DNA of 64,000 bases from an uncultured Desulfarculus sp. (lineage in GTDB: Bacteria; Desulfobacterota; Desulfarculia; Desulfarculales; Desulfarculaceae): NCBI GenBank assembly GCA_963665125.2, contig CAXXUK010000001.1:3296001-3360000 (forward strand). Reading direction: 5' to 3'. Shown here piece after piece: positions 41,051 to 51,317 of the stretch; within the stretch, counting starts at the first letter, position 1; each line of letters opens with the position of its first letter. A model generated the notes under the pieces. That model ran no database searches, was not told the origin of the DNA, and saw only the letters and a list, made by a program, of their open reading frames with translations. The position numbers and the translations under genes were made by a program.

Positions 41051-42577
41051 CTAAATGCCCCTGTCCAGGCTTCTATAACCAATTGCCTCGGAAAGATGAG
41101 GGAGGCCTATATCTTTACTCCCTTCAAGATCGGCGATTGTGCGGGAGATTTTCAGAATCCGGCTATATGCCCTGGCGGAGAGCTTGAATCTTTCCATGGC
41201 GGTTTCCAAAAGACGGAGCCCTTCACTTGATAGCTTGCAATGCTGGCGGGTAAGCCGCGTAGGCATCTGCGCATTGCAATAAACACCCGTCCCTGCAAGC
41301 CGTTGTTCTTGGTGCCCACGTGCTTTGATCACTTCCCGGCGAATATCAGCCGAAGAAGCACCGCAGGTGTCTGAGGACAGCTCCTTGAAGGGCACCGCCG
41401 GAACCTCAATCTGAATGTCAATGCGATCCATCAATGGCCCGCTTACTTTGCTCTGATAGTTGCGCACTTGCAGCGCCGAGCACGTACAAGCCATCCGTGG
41501 ATCACCATAGTGGCCGCAGTTGCATGGATTCATGGCAGCGCACAAAGTTATGCGCGCGGGGTAGTCCACCGTAGCCGCTGCTCTGGTTACGGTGACAGAG
41601 CCTGTTTCCAACGGCTGCCGCAAAACCTCCAACACGCTTTTCTTAAATTCCGGCAATTCGTCTAAAAAAAGGATTCCATTATGCGCCAGACTTACTTCTC
41701 CTGGCCGGGGAATGGTTCCGCCTCCGATTAGACCAGCATCCGAAATAGTATGGTGCGGTGAACGAAACGGTCTTTGGGTAATCAATGCCGTATCCGAGGG
41801 CAACTTGCCAGCCACACTGGCGACTTGCGTAACTTCTATGGCCTCCTCAAATGACATGGGCGGCAGGATAGTGGCGAGCCGGCGGGCCAACATGGTCTTG
41901 CCGCTTCCCGGCGGGCCGATCATTAGGACATTATGTCCACCTGCGGCCGCAATGGTAAGCGCCCGTTTGGCATGCTCCTGTCCCCTGACTTCGTTCATGT
42001 TTGGGCCGTCGTTATTCTCCGGTGCCATGAACAATTTTGAATCAAGTTGAGCTGAAGGAAGTTTCTCTTTGCCCAATAAGTGCGCAATGACCTGGTCCAA
42101 CCGTTTAGCGGCCAGCACGTCCACCCCTTCAACCACAGCCGCTTCCAATGCATTCTCGGTCGGCACAATAAGTGTCTTCAGGCCGTTTTTACCAGCAGCT
42201 ACCGACATGGGTAGAACACCGCGAACAGGCCGTATGGCTCCATCCAAGGCCAGCTCGCCCACCACTCCTATCCCCATCGTTTTTTCTGGTGGGAAAACGC
42301 CGGATGCCTGCAAAATACCCAATGCGATAGGAAGGTCGAAAGCGGTGCCTTCCTTGCGAACATCAGCGGGGGCCAAGTTGACCGTAATGCGGTTTACGGG
42401 GAGCGCATAGCTTGAATTGACAAGAGCCGCCCGAACCCTTTCCTTGGATTCGCGGACCGCTCCATCAGGCAGGCCGACAATGTTGAACACGGGCAATCCC
42501 GGAGCCAGATCGACTTCAACCTTGACATGATACGCATCAATTCCCAGCACGGCCAGCGATGTAATCTGAGCTAGCAT
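41051..42577 (-). CDS. comM: Intact comM/YifB Mg-chelatase-like ATPase paralogue
   Basis: Full motif set including AAMNPCNCG, SGPLMDRID, SARAYSRILKISRTIADL. Confidence 0.95.
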   Translation of the reverse strand: MLAQITSLAVLGIDAYHVKVEVDLAPGLPVFNIVGLPDGAVRESKERVRAALVNSSYALPVNRITVNLAPADVRKEGTAFDLPIALGILQASGVFPPEKTMGIGVVGELALDGAIRPVRGVLPMSVAAGKNGLKTLIVPTENALEAAVVEGVDVLAAKRLDQVIAHLLGKEKLPSAQLDSKLFMAPENNDGPNMNEVRGQEHAKRALTIAAAGGHNVLMIGPPGSGKTMLARRLATILPPMSFEEAIEVTQVASVAGKLPSDTALITQRPFRSPHHTISDAGLIGGGTIPRPGEVSLAHNGILFLDELPEFKKSVLEVLRQPLETGSVTVTRAAATVDYPARITLCAAMNPCNCGHYGDPRMACTCSALQVRNYQSKVSGPLMDRIDIQIEVPAVPFKELSSDTCGASSADIRREVIKARGHQEQRLAGTGVYCNAQMPTRLTRQHCKLSSEGLRLLETAMERFKLSARAYSRILKISRTIADLEGSKDIGLPHLSEAIGYRSLDRGI

Positions 42578-42756
42578 AAACATTCCACATTCAGGCTTCA
42601 GAAACGATAGTAAAAGAGAACAACTTAAGCCCTCTTGGCGCGTGTTCATTATAGTTGCCAGGGCAGACTACGCAAGCGGCAACCGTTACTGCCGGCTCAT
42701 TCGCAAAATAACCTGCAAGTTGGCCCTTTTGGTTTTCAAGTAAGCCGACGGGCCTG

Positions 42757-43158
42757 ATTTCCGTTGTCGTACCAGCGCTCCCGGATCAACTCCCAACTAT
42801 CTTGCCAATTGCCCTGACGATACTCCCTGGTTGATACCGATACGGCTAGGCCTTGTTCGGCCAAGGTTCGGGCCCAGGTGCGGCCGCTCGCTATCGCCTA
42901 CATCAGTGCCTGGACGGTCAGGCCCATTGCAACGCTCAGCTGACCACCACACAGGTGCGGGCGCATTGCCGTCTGTCGGAGGAATGCCTGAGTCTGCTGG
43001 AAAAGGCTATGAACCGCTTCAGCCTATCGGGTCAGGCCTACATCCGCATCCTCAAGATTGCCCGGACCATTGTCGACCTTGACGGAGCCCATGGCATCGC
43101 CCGGAACCACCTGGATGAGGCGATCGGCTACCGCAGCCTGGATAGGGGCATGGGCTGA
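42757..43158 (+). pseudogene. comM: Decayed comM 3' fragment
   Basis: CNAQL...LSGQAYIRILKIARTIVDL..EAIGYRSLDR. Frameshifted upstream pieces ISVVVPALP and SAKVRAQV align to the intact copy. 5' edge approximate. Confidence 0.75.
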
Positions 43159-43381
43159 AGCTCCGACGATCAAACCCACTGTTGATTTTTTCCCATGCAC
43201 TGACAGTCAGCCTCTAAAACGCCCTGGGCCGTGTAATGCAATCGCCATATATCCTGGAAGAATTTTGGTGAAATAGCTTCCTGTGTTCATCCATGCGAGT
43301 GCGTTAAACCTGAAAAAAGAGGTGGCCCCCAATCGTTAGACAGTTTGGCGGCGTAGTTAAGGTGGATGGTATTTGTTGTTG

Positions 43382-44224
43382 TCATGCCGCCGCTTCGGTC
43401 AATCCCGTCGTGGGTCGGCCCCAGTATGCCTCGTCCGGCGTTTTGCCATCCAGGCTGGAGTGGGGTCGCCGTTGGTTATAGTAATCGATCCAGGAGCCGA
43501 TTCCCTTCCTGGCCTCGCTTCCCGTCTCAAAGGCATGCAGATAGACACATTCATATTTGAGAGAGCGCCACAGGCGTTCGATCATGACATTGTCCATCCA
43601 GCGGCCTTTGCCATCCATGGAAATTTTGATCTCAGCATCCTTGAGCACCTGGGTAAAGCCAAAGCTTGTGAATTGGCTCCCCTGATCGGTATTGAAAATC
43701 AGGGGGTTGGGAAACCTTCGCAGGGCATCACTCAAGGCGGCCACGCAAAAATCAGCATCCAAGGTGTTGGACAGTCGCCAGCTCAGCACCTTGCGGCTGG
43801 CCCAGTCCATGATCGCCACCAGGTAGAGAAAACCACGCCTCATCGGGATATAAGTGATATCGGCGCACCAGATGTGGCCGGGTTCGCTTATCTCCACCCC
43901 GCGCAGTAAATAGGGGTAAACCTTGTGCCCCGGCTGGGGCTTGGATGTCCCGGGCTTCTGGTAGACGGGGCTAAGCCCCATCTTGCGCATCAGCCGCACC
44001 ACCCGCTTCCTGCCCACGCGATGCCCCTCACGCCGGAGCCAGCGGACCATCTGACGAGAGCCGTACCAGGGCGTTTCCAGAAACTGCTCATCCATCTTGC
44101 GCATCAGCTCAATATTCAGCGGGTTTTCGCCCGTGGCTTCGTAATAAAACGATGAGCGGCTGATTCCCAGGAGCTCACATTGGCGGACAATGCTCAATCC
44201 CTTGGGCCTGCTTGCCTTCACCAT
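43382..44224 (-). CDS. IS3 transposase OrfB (DDE)
   Basis: WCADITY, NTDQGSQF, DNVMIERLWRSLKYE. Confidence 0.93.
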   Translation of the reverse strand: MVKASRPKGLSIVRQCELLGISRSSFYYEATGENPLNIELMRKMDEQFLETPWYGSRQMVRWLRREGHRVGRKRVVRLMRKMGLSPVYQKPGTSKPQPGHKVYPYLLRGVEISEPGHIWCADITYIPMRRGFLYLVAIMDWASRKVLSWRLSNTLDADFCVAALSDALRRFPNPLIFNTDQGSQFTSFGFTQVLKDAEIKISMDGKGRWMDNVMIERLWRSLKYECVYLHAFETGSEARKGIGSWIDYYNQRRPHSSLDGKTPDEAYWGRPTTGLTEAAA

Positions 44225-44244
44225 CGCTTTCCTCCGATCAAAGC

Positions 44245-44532
44245 TCAGCGACCGGAGGCCTTGGCCAAAAAATCCCGTTCAATGGTCAACTGCCCAATCT
44301 TTGCATGAAGCTCTTTGATCTGGGATTCTCCGGCCTCTTGCTGCTTCGCACCCTTGCTGGAGAAAACTTCTGTCAAGCCTTCGGTGGCCTGGCGCTTCCA
44401 CTGCGCAATCATATTGGGGTGGATGTCAAACCGTGCTGCCAGCTCGGAAAGAGTCTGCTCGCCCTTCAATGCCTCCAGCGCTACCGTGGCCTTGAATTCG
44501 GCCGAAAAGCGCCTGCGTTTGGTCTTGCTCAT
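44245..44532 (-). CDS. IS3 transposase OrfA
   Basis: RRFSAEFKATVALEAL HTH; T-run near the 3' end is a possible frameshift site. Confidence 0.9.
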   Translation of the reverse strand: MSKTKRRRFSAEFKATVALEALKGEQTLSELAARFDIHPNMIAQWKRQATEGLTEVFSSKGAKQQEAGESQIKELHAKIGQLTIERDFLAKASGR

Positions 44533-44776
44533 AGCTGGTGTCCCTCCATCGGACTCATCCATACCACCTTACACTATTGTCCGATTTTTGGGGTCCACCT
44601 CTGTCGGCCTTGGCCGCCAGAGCGGCGCCACAAGTCAGGCCTACAAATAGCAGTGCCCCGGCGAATACGGCAAAGGCCTTACGCAGCCTGTTATCCATCG
44701 CCAATACTCCTTAAACGAATAATCCAAATTCCCATAAGGTTTATTCCATTTAAAAAGCATAAGCGATTAATCAATC

Positions 44777-46058
44777 GAGGATGCTGCGCAATATCAAGAG
44801 GCTGACATGGTTCGATTTTGGCCGGAAAATCGTCAGGAGAGGCGGTTTATTTGGTATTTACTCGGGCATTTACCTCCAAATGGGGCCATTGGCGGCGGCC
44901 CCATAAACCACCCCGGTCCCCATTAGCACCCTCAAACCATCATCCGGGCGGCCTTTTTGAGGTTGTAGGCCATGGCGTCTATGAGCAACTGCAGGCCCAG
45001 TTTTGCCGCGCCCAGGTAACGGGCCCTGGCCAAGCGGTAGTCTTTCTTGAGTGTCCCGAAGGCCCGCTCCACCGATCCCCGGCAGCCGCTGATGGCCCGG
45101 TTGACCATTCTTTCAGCCTTGGTTAACGGTCTGCTTTTCACCGCCTTGTACATGATAAGATCAAACAGCCCGGCGTCCTTAAGCGCGCTACGATTGGCGG
45201 CGCTGCTGTAGCCCTTGTCCGCCGCAACGGGCGAGCCCCGCTCAAGCTCGCACTGGTTGACCACCGCCATCATTTCCTTGCAATCAGCCCGGTTGGCCGG
45301 GGTGGCGTGGCCGGCCATGATGAAGCCGTGCTCCCCATCCACGGCCATATGTACCTTGTAGCCGTACCAGGCCCGGTTGCCCTTCCTGGTCCAGGCCGCA
45401 TCCACATCACCGGAATAACTGGTCTTTACTTCATAACCACCGCTTTCCGGCTCGTCATCTTCCTGGCGGTCCACTGGAATCACTTCCTGTTTTTTGCGGG
45501 GCCGCCGGGCACTCTCTACGATGCTGGCGTCGACGATGATGCCGGCCTTAATCTCCAAGCCTCCGGCCGCGATCTGGTTGTTGATCATGTCCAGCAGGGG
45601 CTTTGCCAGATCCTTTTCATGCAGTTGGTTGCGGAAACGGCAGATGGTGGAGTTGTCGGGCACCTCGTTGTCCAGAGAAAACCCGCAAAAGTGGCTGAAG
45701 GAAATGCGGTCTTCGAGGTTTTCCGAAAGCTCACGGTCCGACAGGCCATACCACGATTGCAATAGCAGGGCCTTGAACATGCTCAGGGCGGGATAGCTGG
45801 GATTGCCCACGGCGTCGGGCTTGCGGCGCAATTTTTTCTTGAGCAGCATTTCGATGGGCCGCCAGTCGACCAACTCGTCGATTTTTTCAGGTGTGGTCTT
45901 GTTTCTTTTGCGCCGCACCGCCGCCATATCGGCGAAACCGCCTTTTTTGTCGAATCGATTGGCCATCAATGCCTCCAAACTGGGTGTTTGGAAAATTTTA
46001 GCTAATAATCCCAACATGATAAAGTTGATAATTAGGTAATTTGCCGTGAAGCACTCTC
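44777..46058 (-). mobile_element. IS5-family insertion sequence with a 5-bp target duplication
   Basis: CAATC at 44772-44776 and 46059-46063; imperfect IRs GAGGATGCTGCGC / GAGAGTGCTTCAC. Confidence 0.85.
44932..45966 (-). CDS. IS5-family transposase
   Basis: VDAS, GYKVH, ADKGY, VERAFGTLK; GGAGG RBS. Confidence 0.93.
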   Translation of the reverse strand: MANRFDKKGGFADMAAVRRKRNKTTPEKIDELVDWRPIEMLLKKKLRRKPDAVGNPSYPALSMFKALLLQSWYGLSDRELSENLEDRISFSHFCGFSLDNEVPDNSTICRFRNQLHEKDLAKPLLDMINNQIAAGGLEIKAGIIVDASIVESARRPRKKQEVIPVDRQEDDEPESGGYEVKTSYSGDVDAAWTRKGNRAWYGYKVHMAVDGEHGFIMAGHATPANRADCKEMMAVVNQCELERGSPVAADKGYSSAANRSALKDAGLFDLIMYKAVKSRPLTKAERMVNRAISGCRGSVERAFGTLKKDYRLARARYLGAAKLGLQLLIDAMAYNLKKAARMMV

Positions 46059-46226
46059 CAATCACGAGTAAAGCGGGTTCCTATCCAACTCATTCATTCA
46101 AGCAATCCCGTGGACAGGAAGCACGGGTCAGGTCATGGCTCAGACAAGCCGGCTGTCCAGACTGTAGCGTGGCAGTCACCGGCGATTCGTCGGCATGGTT
46201 GCCACCTGGAAGTTTTTTGGATTTCC

Positions 46227-47657
46227 TTAGGAGGCAAGCCTCACCTGATTGCGTCCGGAGTTCTTGGCCAGGTAAAGAGCATTGTCGGCCCGGGCCATGA
46301 GCCCCTCAAGGTCCTCGCCCTCTTCCAATTCGGCGACGCCAAAACTGGCTGTGTACTTGATTTGTTGCTCTTTCAGTTGGACTCCGGCCTCCAGAAAGGA
46401 CTCACGGATACGGTGAGCCACGGTCTTGGCATCTTCCAGGGTGCTCTCCACCAAGATAACGCCGAACTCCTCGCCTCCCAGGCGGCCCAGAATGTCGCTG
46501 TCCCTGATATTCTGTCTAGCCAGCATGCCGACCTGACTCAGCACCTTGTCGCCCGCGGCATGGCCGTATGTGTCGTTGATTTTTTTGAAATGGTCCAGGT
46601 CAAAACCGATAAATGACAGAGGGAATCCGTAACGGTGGAAGCGTGAAAAATCCTTCTTGGCGGATCCCAAGAAGTAGGCGCGGTTGTAGGCGCCGGTGAG
46701 TTCATCGAAAGTGGCCATGCGCTTGAGTTCGCGCTCCATGCTTTTGCGTTGGGTGATGTCCTTGTAGCTCTCAACCACTCCGGCTAATTCCCCGGCGAAA
46801 CCCAACAGGGGAGTCCCGGTCATTATATAAGTCCTGGGTTCGCCGCCGGGGCGTTCATAATTGATCTCCACCTCCATGGATTTGCCGGTCGTTTGTACCT
46901 GTTCAAAAAGACAAAACTTGTCACCGCACATGCTCTCGCTGAAAAGATCGTGGCAGAATAGACCCTCCGCTTCCATCTTGTTCGCCCCTGTCATTTTGGC
47001 AAAAGCATCGTTGATGCGTATGATCTTTTTGTCATTGTCCAAAACGCATATGCCATCTGATGAAGCGTTGAAAATGATGTTCAACTCCGCTGATATCACC
47101 TCCGCCTCCACGGCCATGAGATTGGCTTTTTCGATTACATCTTCCAGCTGTCGCACTGTAAATTCCAACTCGTCCGCAGTCTCCTGTCGGCGCTTTTCGC
47201 TGAGTTTGAACTCGGTAATATCGCGCAGGACGCCCTGAAACCCTATCACCCTGCCATCCGCGTTCCTTCTTTCCGAAGCAGTGACCAATACATCAAACTC
47301 CCGGCCGTCAATGGAGCGTATGCGGCAACTGAAATTCCGGACAGATTGATATTGCGACATTTCCTTCAAAATGCGCTCTTTGTCGGTGGCGTCGACGAAC
47401 AGATCTGTGTATTTGATCTGCCGTACGTGCGTGGGGCCACACCCTAGCATCTTTAGCCCGGCGGGATTTACCTCCTGCATCATTCCTTTGTCGTCTATTA
47501 CAAATACAGGGTCTGGCATGTCATAAAACAACTGCCGGTATTGGCGGACTGAATTGACATCCACCTTATCGACTCGTTGCTTTTGTTTTGCCAGTTGAGA
47601 TCTTAGTTCCTGTAATTCTGACAAAAGTTCTTCTTTGGTTTTGTCTTTGTCGTCCAT
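46227..47657 (-). CDS. PAS-PAS-GGDEF diguanylate cyclase
   Basis: Two PAS/PAC (RDIT, KDIT); DLDHFKKINDTYGH, RLGGEEF. Confidence 0.93.
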   Translation of the reverse strand: MDDKDKTKEELLSELQELRSQLAKQKQRVDKVDVNSVRQYRQLFYDMPDPVFVIDDKGMMQEVNPAGLKMLGCGPTHVRQIKYTDLFVDATDKERILKEMSQYQSVRNFSCRIRSIDGREFDVLVTASERRNADGRVIGFQGVLRDITEFKLSEKRRQETADELEFTVRQLEDVIEKANLMAVEAEVISAELNIIFNASSDGICVLDNDKKIIRINDAFAKMTGANKMEAEGLFCHDLFSESMCGDKFCLFEQVQTTGKSMEVEINYERPGGEPRTYIMTGTPLLGFAGELAGVVESYKDITQRKSMERELKRMATFDELTGAYNRAYFLGSAKKDFSRFHRYGFPLSFIGFDLDHFKKINDTYGHAAGDKVLSQVGMLARQNIRDSDILGRLGGEEFGVILVESTLEDAKTVAHRIRESFLEAGVQLKEQQIKYTASFGVAELEEGEDLEGLMARADNALYLAKNSGRNQVRLAS

Positions 47658-48384
47658 GAAATGAACCTTGCGCTCGGATTTTGCGGCTGTCGTCGCTTTC
47701 CACCGTTTTTTGACGTCCCGACCCCCAGTAAGGAAACGATTGCTCCGTTGATAAGCCCGCGCCTCGCTTCTCATCATTTTGAGCCCTCTGTTGGTTCCGG
47801 CTATGCCATCAACTCGGTTGCCCAACATAAAGCTGCCTCAAGGTCTACCTGTCACCGCTTTATTACTTAAAAATACTGTGAAAATAGGGATTATCGCTTT
47901 TTGGGCCATTTTAGTCCAGTCCTGTTTTTCAATCAACCGTATGCCCTTGGGCAACCAATGCTGAGCATGATGGGTAATGGGAACCGTTGAGGCTGCATCT
48001 ACCCACCGGCAACGGCCTTGCTTATTAACTTGGTTCTATAAGGGTGTCCGAGAAAAAGCCGTTTGCCTTCAATGAGCGTTAAGCAGGTTACAGTCCCCAC
48101 TCTGACCTTTGCCGCTTTAATTGTTGCCGTATCGCTACTCAGTCCGCTGAACTCACGCCCTTCACCATCCCCGAGACCTTCTTTTTAAAAAACCCCGATG
48201 GCCCTCCCGGCGGCGACCGGAGCATGGGCCGAATGCGCACCATGCGTTAAGGAGCAAGCGCTTTTACATTTTTCCATCCACCTTTTCCCTCGGTTGGCCG
48301 GGTTGCGAAAATCCAGCTTGCGCTACAGAAACAATAGCGGTAGCATGCTACATAAAACGTAGCGTAATATAAGGGAGGATTGAC

Positions 48385-48933
48385 ATGCAAGTTCAGAGAA
48401 TCAACGCCATCGAGCCGCCCTACACCGACGATGTCCAGAGGGATTTCGACCGGATTATGCCGCCGGGCATGCCGCCTTTGAACATCTTCCGCACCGTGGC
48501 CAACAACCCCAGGGTTCTGAGCCGGATGATCGCCGGAGGCCTGTTGGATCGGGGCTCCATCAGCATTGCCGAACGCGAACTGGTGATCCTGCGTACCTGC
48601 GCGGTATGCGGAGCTGAATACGAATGGGGCGTGCACGTAAGCGGCTTCGGCCACAAAACCGGCATGAGCCGGGCCCAGATCAGCGACACCGTCAGCCCAA
48701 AGCCGGATCCGGCGCTATGGGAAGACCGGCTGCTCATGCTCATGGAGATGGTGGACCAACTCCACGGAGACAGCACCATTGACGATGAACTGTGGAAAAG
48801 GCTGGCCGCCCGCTACGCTGAAGACCAGATCGTCGAACTGGTGATGTTGGCCGGGCTGTATCATGCGGTGAGCTTTATCGTAAACGCCCTGGTTATCGAA
48901 AAAGAGGAGTTCGCCCCGTCGTTCACCGGGTAG
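48385..48933 (+). CDS. Carboxymuconolactone decarboxylase/AhpD family protein
   Basis: LNIFRTVANNP, RELVILRT..CGAEYEWGVH. Confidence 0.85.
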   Translation: MQVQRINAIEPPYTDDVQRDFDRIMPPGMPPLNIFRTVANNPRVLSRMIAGGLLDRGSISIAERELVILRTCAVCGAEYEWGVHVSGFGHKTGMSRAQISDTVSPKPDPALWEDRLLMLMEMVDQLHGDSTIDDELWKRLAARYAEDQIVELVMLAGLYHAVSFIVNALVIEKEEFAPSFTG

Positions 48934-48958
48934 CCGCGGTCTCCGGGCCTGAAATCGT

Positions 48959-50461
48959 TTAAAAGCCGCAATTCGTGTCAACGTTGACCTCATTGCCCTC
49001 CTGCCGCAGATGCCACTGCGTGCCGGTGATCCGCGAAAGAAAGCGCAGGTCATGGCTGACCAGCAACAGCCCGCAGGGGCAGCCGCCCAGGGCCGCCTCC
49101 AGGCATTGGATTGCCGGAAGATCCAGATGATTGGTGGGCTCGTCCATGACAATCAGGTGCGGGCGGCGGATAACGCCCAGGGCCAGCAGCACTTTGCGCA
49201 GTTCTCCGGGGCTGGCCTCCAGGCTGCGCAGCAGGCGTTCGGGGCGCGAACCAAGGGCGCTGACCACGGTCATGACCTGGCCCAGTTGCTCGTTTGAAAG
49301 GCCTTGCACGGCCGCCATGATCTCCCGCGTCCGCGCCAGATCGATCTCCTGGGGCAGGTAAACAAGATGCTCCCGCGCCAGATCGAGCCGCCGGAGGACA
49401 TGCAGGACAAGGGTGCTTTTGCCCAGGCCGTTGGCCCCGGTTATGGCGATACGCTCCTGCCGCGACATGGTCAGCTCGGGTATGGCCAGGCGGCGGCGAC
49501 CGTCAAGGTCGATGGTCTCGGCCGGTATGCTGAAAATCCGGCGGCGCGGGGACACAGAGCCCTCGAGCCAGAAATTCATGGCATAACGCTTCTTCACCCT
49601 TATGGCTGAAACGCGCTCCTGGGCTTGGGCCAGACGTCCGCTGAGCTGATTGGCCAGGCGTCCGGCCTGGCCGTCCTTGCCACTGACGCGTACGAGGTCG
49701 AGCTTGGCCCGCCCGTCACTGTCGCCCCGGGCCAGGCCGCGCTTTGATTTCCGGCGGTCCGCCCCTGCCGCTGCCGCCTGGCGCTTCCGGGACGCCTTGC
49801 CCAGCCGTTCAAGTTCCTGCTCGGCCTTTTGGCGCTGCACGCGCAGGCAGTCCTCCTCGCGGTCGGCCTCGGCGGCGCCCTGGGTGTAACCGCCGGGGCG
49901 CATCACGGCTCCCGGCGGATCGATAAACAGGCATTGGCCGCACAAGCGGTCCAGCAGTTCGCGGTCATGGCTGACCAATAATCCGATCCCGTTAAAGGCC
50001 GCCAAGGCCCCGGCCAACAGGTGGCGGGCGTCCAGGTCGATATGATTGGTAGGCTCATCCACCAATAAGGCGTCGGGCCGTTGCCAGAGGGCCACGGAGA
50101 TCTGGGCCCGTTTGCGCTCACCGTGGCTCAGCGTGGGCCAGCGCCCGGCCCAGTCGTCTCCGACCTGAAGCCTGCCGCGCAGCACGCAGGCTTCAGGGTC
50201 CGTGGCGCTGATCATTTGCGCCAGTTCCCTTGGCATATCATCGGTGCGCTGGGGGCAAAATACGATATGTCCGGGCCGCTTGACCGTCCCGCCTGTTGGC
50301 CGAAGCTCGCCCATGGCCAGACGCAGCAGCGTGGTCTTTCCGGCTCCGTTGGGCCCGATGACGCCCGTCCAGCCCCGGACAAAGTGGGCGCTGATATCTT
50401 TGAACAACGGCGAAACAGCGCCATCATGGACAAAGGCTATATGATTGAAATTCAAGGACAA
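48959..50461 (-). CDS. ABC-F ATPase (possible ribosome-protection type)
   Basis: Two ABC domains (GPNGAGKT, DEPTNH twice), long linker, no membrane domain. Confidence 0.88.
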   Translation of the reverse strand: MSLNFNHIAFVHDGAVSPLFKDISAHFVRGWTGVIGPNGAGKTTLLRLAMGELRPTGGTVKRPGHIVFCPQRTDDMPRELAQMISATDPEACVLRGRLQVGDDWAGRWPTLSHGERKRAQISVALWQRPDALLVDEPTNHIDLDARHLLAGALAAFNGIGLLVSHDRELLDRLCGQCLFIDPPGAVMRPGGYTQGAAEADREEDCLRVQRQKAEQELERLGKASRKRQAAAAGADRRKSKRGLARGDSDGRAKLDLVRVSGKDGQAGRLANQLSGRLAQAQERVSAIRVKKRYAMNFWLEGSVSPRRRIFSIPAETIDLDGRRRLAIPELTMSRQERIAITGANGLGKSTLVLHVLRRLDLAREHLVYLPQEIDLARTREIMAAVQGLSNEQLGQVMTVVSALGSRPERLLRSLEASPGELRKVLLALGVIRRPHLIVMDEPTNHLDLPAIQCLEAALGGCPCGLLLVSHDLRFLSRITGTQWHLRQEGNEVNVDTNCGF

Positions 50462-50524
50462 GGCAGACCTCCAAAGTTGCGCGGGCTATCCCTGCCGGAG
50501 GTTGCCTATCCGTGGAGGCGGCGA

Positions 50525-50692
50525 AATAAAAAAACGCCACGGCTTTGCGTGGCATTGGCAAGATCAACTAATCAAGGCCACCGCGGAACCACACGGACAA
50601 AACGCACCGGCATCGCCCTCTCCGCCGAATCGGCGAGAGTGAACAAACAATTCCAGAATGCGTTTTGGTTAGTTCCTCAACGGTCCGCTCCT
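50525..50692 (-). promoter_or_regulatory. uORF-containing transcription attenuator upstream of ABC-F
   Basis: AGGAG followed by TTG AGG AAC TAA (50680-50669); terminator GCCACG-caaagc-CGTGGC-GTTTTTTT (50553-50528). Confidence 0.65.
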
Positions 50693-50855
50693 GATGAAAT
50701 GGACCCCAAAATTAGCATCGCCCCCCGATATTGTCAAATTGCCGCCCAAGGCCAGGCCTATGGGCTGGCGTAGTATGGAGTAGGATATACCATGAAATCA
50801 GTTCGAGACGATTGAGCCATATTCGGCATTCAGGTATCGGCTCAGGGTATCGCCC

Positions 50856-51176
50856 TCAGCGTTTACCAACCATCAACCATTTGCTTGCGACCACAGCGAT
50901 GGTTGGCCATAAAACCGTGTTGATCAGGTCATGGGCGCTTGCGGACAGACGCAAGTAACCAAGCGATACCCAGTCATCTTTTAAATCCAGGAATTCCATA
51001 ACACCGGCAATAAAAAACACAGGCAATAAGCTCAAGTAGTCCAATCGGCCTCGCCGCCAAAAAACCACGGCCAGGAAAAAAACCAGCAGGCCTATATGTA
51101 CATGGATTGCATCCTTGGACAAATTAAGGACCTCAAGGCAAGTAAGCTTGAAATTTTGATATGCGGAAGTTTCCAT
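50856..51176 (-). CDS. Small membrane protein
   Basis: 106 aa, three hydrophobic segments. Confidence 0.7.
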   Translation of the reverse strand: METSAYQNFKLTCLEVLNLSKDAIHVHIGLLVFFLAVVFWRRGRLDYLSLLPVFFIAGVMEFLDLKDDWVSLGYLRLSASAHDLINTVLWPTIAVVASKWLMVGKR

Positions 51177-51317
51177 CGCCGCCTGCCGGTTTTAATAGGG
51201 AACCCGTTTATCCTGCCGATGTGAAGCTTTCTTTTGATAGAAACCTGAGCGGTGCGGACAATGCCGCTTTTACCGCCGTTTGGATATAAGGCCCTCACAC
51301 CGCGTAACAGCGCCAGC

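Larger units (their letters stand above)
43318..44602 (-). mobile_element. IS3-family insertion sequence
   Basis: Terminal IRs AGAGGTGGCCCCCAA..GACA / AGAGGTGGACCCCAA..GACA; orfA and orfB present; no clear target duplication. Confidence 0.9.

Noticed and set aside
42812..42819. CCCTGACG also present at the left junction (19498-19505), suggesting a right element end here
   Set aside because: Only 8 bp, and it repeats the left junction rather than supplying the complementary arm. The 40846-40868 site fits much better.
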